Positions 20,638-29,265 of a stretch of 32,000 nucleotides of DNA are shown one piece after another. Every line of letters starts with the position of its first letter. Positions within the stretch are counted from its first letter, which is position 1. The DNA comes from Candidatus Saccharibacteria bacterium oral taxon 488 (GTDB lineage: Bacteria > Patescibacteriota > Saccharimonadia > Saccharimonadales > Saccharimonadaceae): positions 510,001-542,000 of the forward strand of contig CP047921.1 of the NCBI GenBank assembly GCA_010202845.1, given 5' to 3'. The notes under the pieces were generated by a model that was not told the DNA's origin, made no database searches, and saw only the letters and a program-made list of their open reading frames with translations. The position numbers and the translations under genes were made by a program.

Positions 20638-21699
20638 CTAGCGACCATCTCCGTTCGTCCAATCGGTCGCCAGGTCAAATCCATGTGGATGCCGCGTCGC
20701 AAACCCACCAGTATCATACACCTTACCAGGACCCATGCTGGTTTCCACCACCGAGCAACGCGGATAATTACCATAATTCGCCGCCACCAAAATATAGCCG
20801 TCCTTGTCCACCTTGGCGCCATCTGCCCTTACCGTGTAGCCACCGCCGCCGCACGCATTGATGACAACATTCATTGGCAGGTCATAGTAAGTTTCGCGGT
20901 GCGCCACGCCGCGTGAATCAGTAAAGATATGCGCACCCTTCAACTTCGTTAATGGATTTTTCGGCTTGGTGCCGATCACTTCGATTTGCTTTTTAGGCTG
21001 TTTGCTGATACTGCTACTTATTTCCTTACGGCTGATCTCAACACCGCGCTCGGCCTGGGCCTGGTAAGTCACGGTACGAATACCCTTTTCACCCAGCTGC
21101 TTAATTTCCTTGAAACCAATCGGCTGATTCGCATCCTTGATCTGCTCCACTGGGAAGTCAATGTCAACCTCCTCGGTCACGGTTCGCAGCGGTGCACGAG
21201 TAATGTTCATCAGCACGTTTGTCCCATCCAGCAACATATTATCGCTCGTCATAAATTCAACCTTGTCCTCGACATATAGCGTGATCCCCGCCGCTTTGGC
21301 AATTCGCTGCGGCGTCTGCTCCGCCGTGGTAATATGTGAGCGCCGCGAACCATCAATGACCGTTACTGGCCGAGCCCGAAAAATCGTCACCGTAAATGTT
21401 GTTCCTGTCAGCTCCATATCAATGTCTGGCTTAACAACGTCACGCCGCTCATCAACCGTTACCCGCGCCAGCTGTAACGCCTGGCGTACAGTGCGTGCTC
21501 GGGTCATGATTGTCTGCTCGCGGCCGCGGTCGCGAATCGTCACCAGCCGCTCCGCTGACGACTGGGCGTGATTATCTTGCGCCTGGGCAGGTTGAGATAG
21601 CAGCAGGCCAACCGCACCGGCCACGAAAGCCATGAAGCAGCCCAGCAAAACAACTGGCCGCCAGCCTTTCTCTATGTGCCATTTCCACCATTTCATCAT
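20638..21699 (-). CDS. YabE-like wall protein: TM + DUF348 repeats + G5 domain + C-terminal 3D/DPBB-like domain (tentative)
   Basis: The 353-aa ORF has DUF348-like segments (VTIRDRGREQTIMTRARTVRQAL...VTVDERRDVVKPD; ITTAEQTPQRIAKAAGITLY). The G5 domain is PIGFKEIKQLGEKGIRTVTYQ...QPKKQIEVIGTK. The C-terminus (VAANYGNYPRCSVVETSMGPGKVYDTGGFA...FDLATDW) resembles 3D domains. Confidence 0.8.
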   Translation of the reverse strand: MMKWWKWHIEKGWRPVVLLGCFMAFVAGAVGLLLSQPAQAQDNHAQSSAERLVTIRDRGREQTIMTRARTVRQALQLARVTVDERRDVVKPDIDMELTGTTFTVTIFRARPVTVIDGSRRSHITTAEQTPQRIAKAAGITLYVEDKVEFMTSDNMLLDGTNVLMNITRAPLRTVTEEVDIDFPVEQIKDANQPIGFKEIKQLGEKGIRTVTYQAQAERGVEISRKEISSSISKQPKKQIEVIGTKPKNPLTKLKGAHIFTDSRGVAHRETYYDLPMNVVINACGGGGYTVRADGAKVDKDGYILVAANYGNYPRCSVVETSMGPGKVYDTGGFATRHPHGFDLATDWTNGDGR

Positions 21700-21727
21700 T
21701 CTGCTCTAGTACCTAATTAACGGACGT

Positions 21728-21736
21728 ATTATACCA
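21728..21736 (-). promoter_or_regulatory. Extended -10 promoter TGgTATAAT between the two G5 genes
   Basis: The reverse complement of 21728-21736 is TGGTATAAT, 28 nt upstream of the ATG at 21699. Confidence 0.4.
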
Positions 21737-21753
21737 TATTTATCTAATAATTA

Positions 21754-22977
21754 CTAGTACCACCCTCTGGCCTTGCTGTGCGCCACCGCCTTTTCCCACG
21801 AGCCATATCGTCTCATCACGTAACCATGCATCCAATTCAGCGAATCAACTGGGTTGAGCGGATTTCCTGGCACCTTGCTACATGGTAACGCCTGCGCGAG
21901 GCCACAAGCACCGCTCCGGCTGCGAGCATTCGGATTCCAGCCGCTTTCTTTCTGTACCAGCCACTCAGCATAACCCCATTGATCACGCGGGACGTTTGAC
22001 GCAGATAGCCACTGATCTTTATTGCCGCCACCAGTATATGGCATAGCGGCATTCTTTGTGCCGATAATTTCAATTTGTTTTTTAGGCTGTTTTGTTACTT
22101 GGCTGGCGATCTCCCGACGACTCACTTCCTTGCCATTTTGCACCTCAATCTCATAGGTCACCGTCCGCCGGCCCTTTTCGCCCGCCTCTTTCACCTCCTT
22201 GTGGCCCGTCTCGCGATTAGCATCCCGCACTGTCTCAATCGGAAAAGCGACATCTTCATCAGTGGTAATCGTCTGCTTACCGTTGCGCCAAACATCCAGC
22301 CGCATGCCACTGGTAATCGGCGCCCCGAGCGGCATTGATACGGTATCGTTACTGGCCAGCTGGACATGCTTTTCCTTGAGCAGTGCGCCAACGGTTTTTG
22401 CGTGGGTGCGCACTTCAGCCAGTGACCCGTAGAGATTGAGCTGGAGTGGCGTGGCCCGCTTGATGGTCAAGACCGCATTCGTGCCGCTGGCAACCACGTT
22501 TTCGGCGGCATGAATATCGACAAGATCCTCGCTATAGAGTTTGATCCCCGCCGCTTTGGCAATTGCTGCCGGCGTTTGCTCAGCCGTAGTCAGCCGAATA
22601 CGTGCCCTACCATCGACTACCGTTACCGGTCGAGCCCGAAAGATATTAACATTATACGAGCTAGCGACCAACTGCTCGTTAAGTGCTGGCTCCACTACAT
22701 CTCGCCGCTCGTCAACCTCAATCCGCGCCGCCTTCAGTGCCTCGCGCACCGTTTTTGCCCGAGTGATAATTGTTTTCTCGACTCCCTTATCATAGACACT
22801 CATCAGACGCTGGCCGTCGCTCCGTGATGGACGCTCGGTACCCTGCGCCAGTGCAGCATCCGCCAGCTGGATCAATGTCACTCCAAGCACGAGCAAACCG
22901 ATCAATAGAAAAATCTTCTTTGAATGGTAGCGAATAGATAAACTCTTTTCCATAATCTCGCTCGTGGACAGCGCCAC
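21754..22977 (-). CDS. RpfB-like wall protein: TM + DUF348 repeats + G5 domain + C-terminal lytic-transglycosylase-like (IsaA/SceD/Rpf-type) domain
   Basis: The 407-aa ORF has the same N-terminal architecture as 20638..21699 (ITRAKTVREALKAARIEVDERRDVVEP; LTTAEQTPAAIAKAAGIKLY; G5 domain GHKEVKEAGEKGRRTVTYE...QPKKQIEIIGTK). The C-terminus is WLVQKESGWNPNARSRSGACGLAQ. The start is either the GTG at 22977 or the ATG at 22953. Confidence 0.8.
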   Translation of the reverse strand: MALSTSEIMEKSLSIRYHSKKIFLLIGLLVLGVTLIQLADAALAQGTERPSRSDGQRLMSVYDKGVEKTIITRAKTVREALKAARIEVDERRDVVEPALNEQLVASSYNVNIFRARPVTVVDGRARIRLTTAEQTPAAIAKAAGIKLYSEDLVDIHAAENVVASGTNAVLTIKRATPLQLNLYGSLAEVRTHAKTVGALLKEKHVQLASNDTVSMPLGAPITSGMRLDVWRNGKQTITTDEDVAFPIETVRDANRETGHKEVKEAGEKGRRTVTYEIEVQNGKEVSRREIASQVTKQPKKQIEIIGTKNAAMPYTGGGNKDQWLSASNVPRDQWGYAEWLVQKESGWNPNARSRSGACGLAQALPCSKVPGNPLNPVDSLNWMHGYVMRRYGSWEKAVAHSKARGWY

Positions 22978-22989
22978 AAACTGCTATGT

Positions 22990-22998
22990 ATTATATCA
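22990..22998 (-). promoter_or_regulatory. Extended -10 promoter TGaTATAAT whose TG is supplied by the pcrA TGA stop codon
   Basis: The reverse complement of 22990-22998 is TGATATAAT. Positions 22996-22998 are the pcrA stop codon. Confidence 0.4.
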
Positions 22999-25095
22999 AA
23001 TTTTCTCTAATCTGGCGAATTCTACATTAAGCTTCTTCGTATTACCGTCATCAAATTGCACCGTCACCGCCATCCCGTCAACATCCACCACCTCACCCGC
23101 ACCAAATTGTGGGCTTCGCACCCGATCACCGACCTCTAGACCTATGTCATCAGTATAAAACGCATCGTCGGATGGCGGCGCGGCAGGTGCATCCAGACCA
23201 CCGCTCATCAGCCCCATCTCATCGAGAAATCGCGACGGCAGATTATAGCCGATCTGACCAAACTGCGTCCGTGAACTAGCACAGGTCACAAACAGCGCCT
23301 CTCGGGCCCGCGTAATCCCCACGTAACAGAGGCGGCGCTCCTCCTCAATGTCGTCCGCCTTGCCGCTATCAAATACCCGTGCGTGCGGCAAGATTCCTTC
23401 CTCCAAGCCAGTCATAAACACCACCGGAAACTCCAGACCCTTCGCAGCGTGTAGCGTCATCAAGGTGACCTGCTGATCCGCTTGGCCATCGCTTGATGAC
23501 ATCAATGCCATATCCTCGAGGAATGTCGACACGTCAGCATAGGCGCGCGCCTCAGCTACCAAAACACCGAGGTTCTCCAGCCGCTCTTCGGCCTGCACAC
23601 TGCCATCGTTCACCGCTTCGCCGTAGCCAGTCTGCTCAATAATTTGTTCGATAACCTCGGCTGGTGCGTCGTTCAGTAATTGTTGTAATTTTTGCAGCAA
23701 TTGACCAAACGCCCGCAGCGACTGCTTGGCGCGAGCGCTCAACCCTACAGCCTCATCAACCGCCACCAGCCCTTCAATAATATTCCGGCCCGACTGATCA
23801 TTCCAGTCGAGAAATTTCGCCACACTCACTGCGCCGATACCACGCTTTGGCAGGTTAACGATCCGCGCGAAACTAACGCGGTCACTGGGCTGATATAATA
23901 ACCTGAGATAAGCTAGCACGTCCTTGACGACTGCTCGATCCAGAAACCGCAGACCACCCACAATCTTATACGGGATGTGCCGTTGACGCAGCGCGCGCTC
24001 TATGGCGTAGCTCTGGGCATTGGTGCGGTACAGTACTGCTATGTCACCATAGGATCGGCCCATCCTGGCCTGGCGATGAATTTCGTCAGCCACTGCTTGC
24101 GCCTCCTCAGCCTCGCTGTACAGTTGCCATAATTGCGGTGTCATCCCGCCAACCGCTTCTGTCCACAGGTTCTTGTCGGTGCGCTGGGTGTTGTGTTGGA
24201 TTAAGTTATTTGCCACCGTTAAAATCGCGCCCGTCGAGCGATAGTTTTGCTCTAGTTTAATCACTGCCGCACCCGGAAAGTCACGCTCAAAATGAAGAAT
24301 ATTGGTATAATCTGCGCCGCGAAAACTATAAATTGACTGTGCATCGTCGCCGACCACACAGAGGTTGCGCTCTGGACCGACCAGCAGCTTGATCAACGCA
24401 TACTGCACCGCATTGGTATCCTGATACTCATCAATGAGAATGTGGCGAAATTGTTGCTGCCATTTGTGGCGAATGTCGGGCGACTGGCGCAGCAGCTCCA
24501 CCGCCTTAAGCAATAAATCATCAAAATCGAGCGCCCCGACCTGGTGCATAGCGGCCTCGTACGCAGCAAACAATTCGGCAATTTGCTGTTTGACGGGGCC
24601 GACCGCCTGCATCATATACTCATCGGGTGAAAGCATGTCATTTTTTGCCGCAGAAATAGCCGCAGCGATACGGCGTGGCTTGATGTCGCGATCAGTCAGC
24701 CCGCGCGATTTCATCAACTGCTTGATGAGACCCAGTCGATCATCTTCATCATAAATAATAAAATTACGATTAAGGCCAATTGACACCCCATCCATCCGCA
24801 GCAGCCGCACACAAATACTATGAAATGTCCCCATCCACGGCATGAAGCGTCGATCCGAGGCGTCTTCACCCAGCATATCAGCCAAGCGCTGGCGCATCTC
24901 TCGAGCAGCTTTGTTGGTGAAGGTCACCGCCAAGATGCGGCTGGGAAAAATCCCTTGCTGGCTGATCAGATAGGCAATGCGATGCGTTAAGGTTTTTGTC
25001 TTACCGCTCCCCGCTCCCGCCAAAATAAGCAGCGGCCCGCCATCATGCTGGACGGCTCGCCGCTGTTCAGGATTGAGCTCAGATAGGATGTCCAT
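22996..25095 (-). CDS. pcrA: ATP-dependent DNA helicase PcrA/UvrD (SF1A)
   Basis: The 699-aa ORF has LNPEQRRAV, Walker A AGAGSGKT, DEYQDTN, VGDDAQSIYSFRGA and VGITRARE motifs, plus a C-terminal Tudor-like tail. Its start overlaps the upstream stop (TAATG). Confidence 0.95.
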   Translation of the reverse strand: MDILSELNPEQRRAVQHDGGPLLILAGAGSGKTKTLTHRIAYLISQQGIFPSRILAVTFTNKAAREMRQRLADMLGEDASDRRFMPWMGTFHSICVRLLRMDGVSIGLNRNFIIYDEDDRLGLIKQLMKSRGLTDRDIKPRRIAAAISAAKNDMLSPDEYMMQAVGPVKQQIAELFAAYEAAMHQVGALDFDDLLLKAVELLRQSPDIRHKWQQQFRHILIDEYQDTNAVQYALIKLLVGPERNLCVVGDDAQSIYSFRGADYTNILHFERDFPGAAVIKLEQNYRSTGAILTVANNLIQHNTQRTDKNLWTEAVGGMTPQLWQLYSEAEEAQAVADEIHRQARMGRSYGDIAVLYRTNAQSYAIERALRQRHIPYKIVGGLRFLDRAVVKDVLAYLRLLYQPSDRVSFARIVNLPKRGIGAVSVAKFLDWNDQSGRNIIEGLVAVDEAVGLSARAKQSLRAFGQLLQKLQQLLNDAPAEVIEQIIEQTGYGEAVNDGSVQAEERLENLGVLVAEARAYADVSTFLEDMALMSSSDGQADQQVTLMTLHAAKGLEFPVVFMTGLEEGILPHARVFDSGKADDIEEERRLCYVGITRAREALFVTCASSRTQFGQIGYNLPSRFLDEMGLMSGGLDAPAAPPSDDAFYTDDIGLEVGDRVRSPQFGAGEVVDVDGMAVTVQFDDGNTKKLNVEFARLEKI

Positions 25096-27227
25096 TACTT
25101 ATAGTATAGCAGGAAAAAGTACGCTGCCGCGCCGCCGCCAACGCCGATAAGGGCAAAAAGAATGATCAATAGAATCGTCCCGATGCCGGATTTTTTCTTA
25201 TCAGGCTGAAGTGCTTCCCCACTGGCTGGCTGGCTGGCTGCCGCATCAAACATTGGCTCTGGATCTGGTGCGATCTCATCACCGGCCGTGTATTGCTGAG
25301 GAATATCGCCCGGAGTGTGCGGTCGACGTGGCGTCTCATCAACTGTCTCAGCGTCACTTTCGTCCATCGACTCAATCGCCATCAGCTCACTGTCTAGCTC
25401 TGACGTATCAGCGGCGGACTGCTTGGACGAAACATCTACCGATGTGGCATCTGCGTCGAGCTGCTCACCGACCTCGCTGGCCTCAATCTCATCAATGGTT
25501 GCTTCAAGGCTCGTACGATCAGCAGCAATGTCAGTATCAGCCGCCTCATCACGATGTTCTGCTACCTCGTCTCCAGCCGCCGCATCCGTCACCAGATGAT
25601 CATCATCGGCCGTCAACTCATCCATGGTCAGCCCCTCACTATCAGCTGCCTTAACCGGAGCGTCCTCTGCCAGCAAGCCCTCCTCGATAAAGGCGCTGTC
25701 AGTACTAGCTTCGGCTTCACTGGCCATTGATTCATAATCAGGCACGTCCTTGGTATTGAGCGACACATTGTCTGACGTCAGACCTTCAGCCACGTGCGAT
25801 GGATCAGGCTGCAGAACGAGGCGTGGTGGTCGACGCTTGATCTCGCGATCAGCTACCGATGAGTGAGCGGTGCTATCATCTGCCATCATATCACTTGACG
25901 TGTCCTCAGTAGTTTCAGCCATGTTAACACCCTGCTGGCCGTCATTACCAGTCCGACCGGAGAGATACGAACCAGTCGGCTGAAGCGTCACGCCGGTGCG
26001 CGACTGAGAAACGCTATGCCCGCGCATGACAGACGACGGATGTACAACGTCCATGAAACGGCCAGACGGTCGACGCGAAATAGCTGGTGAGGGAGCGACA
26101 GTTGACTCGTTACCGCGTTCTGTATCCGAGGAATCGTCAGTTGGTTTTGCTGCTGACGTATCGGCCACTTTATCCTGCGGCGCGTCTGAGGCGGGTTGGT
26201 CGTCTGCCTTTTTATCTGGTGTTTTGATATCTGGAAATACCACAGCCGGTTTAGTCTCTGAGGCAGCGTGTGGGAAGCCGTTAACCTCCGCCGACGACGA
26301 AGTCGTCTCGGTAGATGATTTTTGTGGCAAAGCCGGTGATTCAGTCCGTGACTTATCTTGTGGCTTATCATTATTAGGCTCCGAGGTTGTTGACTGGGTC
26401 GACGGTGCTGGTGTCGAGGCAGGCGACAGCGAGACAGGCGACGAGGTTGTCTTGAACGACGGTATCGGCTCGAGCGTCAGCTTCGAGACAGGCTTTGACG
26501 CTGGCTTTGTAACAGAAATCGGGACAGCAGTCGGCGTCGGTGTTGCTGCAGCCGCTGGCGGCGCACTTGGAGTGTCCGATGAGGCGGATAATTGTGTTGC
26601 CTCGGCCGAGGCCGGTGGCTTGCTCGTATTGGTACTCGTTGGCTCGGATGCGGGTACGGTTGCTATGGCTGGCGTTGGAGATGGAGATGGAGCTGCAGGT
26701 GCAGACACGAGCGTCGACGGCGGTGCTGGCGTCGCTGTTGGTGTAGCAGTCGGCGACGGAGGCGTTAGCGGCTTGATGGTCAATGGCGGAATCGGCGTTG
26801 ATGGCGTGGTGGCAGGCGACGGTGAGGTTGACGAAGCAGGGGCCACTGGTGTTACCGACGAAGACAGCGACGGCTGCATCGACGTCGGTTCCGGCTTCTC
26901 AATCGGTTGTGGGGCGGCAGCCACTGGTGCGCTCGGCGGCGTCGACAATGACACCGTAGGCTGCGGCGCAACTGGCTGGGGTTGAGGGCTTGGCGGCGTG
27001 ACCGGAGGTGTCGCTACTGGCTTAGGCTGAGAAGCGGAGGCGCTAGGTTGACCAGGTTCAGGCGACGACACGTTCACCGCATCTTCAGTGGCGCTAGTCG
27101 CAGATGTTGTCGATGTCGCCACGTCCGCATCAACATCAGCCGCCTGCTGAGCCGCTTCTTTCTCTGCCCGCTTTTGCATCAGTGACGTCACCGCCCGATC
27201 AAGTTCGTCAAAATCAATGTCTGACAT
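25095..27227 (-). CDS. Hypothetical 710-aa low-complexity protein: short helical N-terminus, long P/T/S/A-rich region, acidic region, single C-terminal TM (tail-anchor topology)
   Basis: There is no signal peptide (the ORF begins MSDIDFDELDRAVTSLMQKRAEKEAAQQ). P/T/S/A-rich stretches include PVATPPVTPPSPQPQPVAPQP and TPPSPTATPTATPAPPS. The acidic C-terminal third includes DESDAETVDE. DKKKSG is followed by IGTILLIILFALIGVGGGAAAYFFLLYYK at the end. A G-run SD (TAGGGGGGCTTATG) follows the tpiA stop. Confidence 0.8.
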   Translation of the reverse strand: MSDIDFDELDRAVTSLMQKRAEKEAAQQAADVDADVATSTTSATSATEDAVNVSSPEPGQPSASASQPKPVATPPVTPPSPQPQPVAPQPTVSLSTPPSAPVAAAPQPIEKPEPTSMQPSLSSSVTPVAPASSTSPSPATTPSTPIPPLTIKPLTPPSPTATPTATPAPPSTLVSAPAAPSPSPTPAIATVPASEPTSTNTSKPPASAEATQLSASSDTPSAPPAAAATPTPTAVPISVTKPASKPVSKLTLEPIPSFKTTSSPVSLSPASTPAPSTQSTTSEPNNDKPQDKSRTESPALPQKSSTETTSSSAEVNGFPHAASETKPAVVFPDIKTPDKKADDQPASDAPQDKVADTSAAKPTDDSSDTERGNESTVAPSPAISRRPSGRFMDVVHPSSVMRGHSVSQSRTGVTLQPTGSYLSGRTGNDGQQGVNMAETTEDTSSDMMADDSTAHSSVADREIKRRPPRLVLQPDPSHVAEGLTSDNVSLNTKDVPDYESMASEAEASTDSAFIEEGLLAEDAPVKAADSEGLTMDELTADDDHLVTDAAAGDEVAEHRDEAADTDIAADRTSLEATIDEIEASEVGEQLDADATSVDVSSKQSAADTSELDSELMAIESMDESDAETVDETPRRPHTPGDIPQQYTAGDEIAPDPEPMFDAAASQPASGEALQPDKKKSGIGTILLIILFALIGVGGGAAAYFFLLYYK

Positions 27228-27236
27228 AAGCCCCCC

Positions 27237-27998
27237 CTATTCCTTATGCGCCTTTTTTACTATCTCCGTAAATTGATATGCGTCCAGACTCGCTCCGCCG
27301 ATCAATAATCCATCAAGTCCCGCCACCGCAAGGTAATCACCGGCGTTGTCAACCGAAACACTGCCGCCATACACCACGCGCACCGTCTCGGCTGCTTCTT
27401 TACCAAATAAATGCGTAATTTGCTGGCGAATTACCCTAAGCGCCTTCATAAGATCGCTCGGCTGCGCATACTCACCGCTACCGATCGCCCAGACCGGTTC
27501 GTAGGCGATCACCACATGGTCTATCTCCTCGGCTGTTATGTTTGCGAGGCCGTTTACAATCTGATCCTGGAGCACCTCGCGCGTTTCGCCTAGCGTCCGC
27601 TCGTGCGCTGTTTCACCAATACAGAGGATTGGTTGAAGCCGATTACGCAGTGCCGCCTGCACCTTGAAACGAATATCCTTGTCGCTCTCCATAAATATAT
27701 GTCGCCGCTCGGAGTGACCGATGATGACATAATCGACCATACCGTGTAGGTGTGACGCTGGCACCTCGCCGGTATACGGACCATGGTCGCGCCAGTAGCA
27801 ATTCTGGGCGGCGAGCTTGACGATCCGACGCTTGATTTGCAAGCTCAAACTCTGCAGTGTCAACATCGTTGGCGCCACCACCACCTCGACGTCGCGGTGT
27901 ACCGGCAGCTGCTCCATCAGCTTATGTAAATACAAACTGGCCTCATGCATGGTGAGGTTCATCTTCCAGTTGCCGATAATGAGTGTTTTTCGCGTCAT
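27237..27998 (-). CDS. tpiA: Triosephosphate isomerase
   Basis: The 253-aa ORF contains IIGNWKMN, IIGHSERR and AYEPVWAIGSG. Confidence 0.95.
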   Translation of the reverse strand: MTRKTLIIGNWKMNLTMHEASLYLHKLMEQLPVHRDVEVVVAPTMLTLQSLSLQIKRRIVKLAAQNCYWRDHGPYTGEVPASHLHGMVDYVIIGHSERRHIFMESDKDIRFKVQAALRNRLQPILCIGETAHERTLGETREVLQDQIVNGLANITAEEIDHVVIAYEPVWAIGSGEYAQPSDLMKALRVIRQQITHLFGKEAAETVRVVYGGSVSVDNAGDYLAVAGLDGLLIGGASLDAYQFTEIVKKAHKE

Positions 27999-28017
27999 AA
28001 TGCTTATGTTTAGTGTA

Positions 28018-29253
28018 TCATTTTAGTCCGTGTGCGTCTAGTAAACTTTCCACACCTGGTAATTTTTTACCGCTCATCAGCTCGAGACTAGCCCCGCCAC
28101 CGGTAGAAATATGCGAAAATTGCTTGCCGTCATGCCCATCCCACCCAAGGACAAACTCCGCCGTATCGCCGCCGCCAATGATTGACGTAACGCCGCGATT
28201 TTGTACAATGGCTTCGGCGATCCGAGCCGACCCCCGGGCAAACAACGGATTAGTCGAATACCCCAGCGGCCCGTTCCAGATAACTGTTTTCGCCGAGGCA
28301 ATCACTGAGGTAAATTGCGCCATCGTCTGAGCACCAATATCTAGCGCCATCTCATCGTCGCCAATCCCATCAACCGACACCTCATGACGATCACCCGATG
28401 CTTCTGGCGACAAAGCCACCGCTACATCGCTAGGCAGCCGCAAAAACTGATCGACCCGCTCACTGCCAACTTTCTCGGCAGCGTGGCGGTAGATAGCCGC
28501 AAGCACTTGCTCTTGATCCGGCTCAATCGTACTGTGACCCATCCTATGGCCGCGATAGGCGAGGAAGGTGTTGGCCATCGCCCCACCGATGAGGATTGTG
28601 TCAGCTTTATCAATCAGCCGCTCAATCAGCGCAATCTTATCAGCAATTTTCACACCGCCAATAATTGCCACCAGGGGGCGTGCTGGACGCGACATCGCTG
28701 CGGTTAGCGTGGTGTATTCGTGCACCAATAGATCACCGGCTAGCCCCGGCACATATAATGTAATCGCGTGCGTACTGGCATGAGCTCGATGCACCACCGC
28801 AAAGCCATCCTGCACAAAGTAATCTGGTCGCACCGCCCTGGCAATTGCCCTGGCAAACACCATATCATCGCGCGACTCCTCGTTATAAAACCGCAGATTT
28901 TCGAGCATCAGTATATCACCAGCCGCCATATGCCGCACTGCTTGACGAAGCTTATCCCCAACACAACCATCAATAAACCGCACTGGCCGCCCAAGCAGCT
29001 CAGCCAGTCGACGCGCTACTGGACGCAGACTATATGCCGGATCAGCCCCCTTTGGTCGTCCGAGGTGACTCATCAGGACAATCTTGCAGCGTTGCTCTAG
29101 TAGGTAGCGCAGAGTCGATAAACTAGCGCGAATGCGTAAGTCACTGGCGATCCCACCGGTCGCGGTTAGGGGCACATTATAATCAACCCGCACCAGGACG
29201 GTCAGCCCGCGGAGATTAACGTCACGAATTGTTTGCTTGAAAAATCTGCCCAC
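28018..29253 (-). CDS. pgk: Phosphoglycerate kinase
   Basis: The 411-aa ORF contains VRVDYNVPL, WNGPLG and ISTGGGASLE. It has a GTG start. Confidence 0.95.
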   Translation of the reverse strand: MGRFFKQTIRDVNLRGLTVLVRVDYNVPLTATGGIASDLRIRASLSTLRYLLEQRCKIVLMSHLGRPKGADPAYSLRPVARRLAELLGRPVRFIDGCVGDKLRQAVRHMAAGDILMLENLRFYNEESRDDMVFARAIARAVRPDYFVQDGFAVVHRAHASTHAITLYVPGLAGDLLVHEYTTLTAAMSRPARPLVAIIGGVKIADKIALIERLIDKADTILIGGAMANTFLAYRGHRMGHSTIEPDQEQVLAAIYRHAAEKVGSERVDQFLRLPSDVAVALSPEASGDRHEVSVDGIGDDEMALDIGAQTMAQFTSVIASAKTVIWNGPLGYSTNPLFARGSARIAEAIVQNRGVTSIIGGGDTAEFVLGWDGHDGKQFSHISTGGGASLELMSGKKLPGVESLLDAHGLK

Positions 29254-29265
29254 CCTTTTCTCGTC

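Noticed and set aside
25300-27100. The P/T/S-rich coding region might hold a CRISPR-like or tandem DNA repeat.
   Set aside because: The amino-acid composition is repetitive, but I could not find exact, regularly spaced nucleotide repeats or spacer-like unique units. The region is one continuous ORF.
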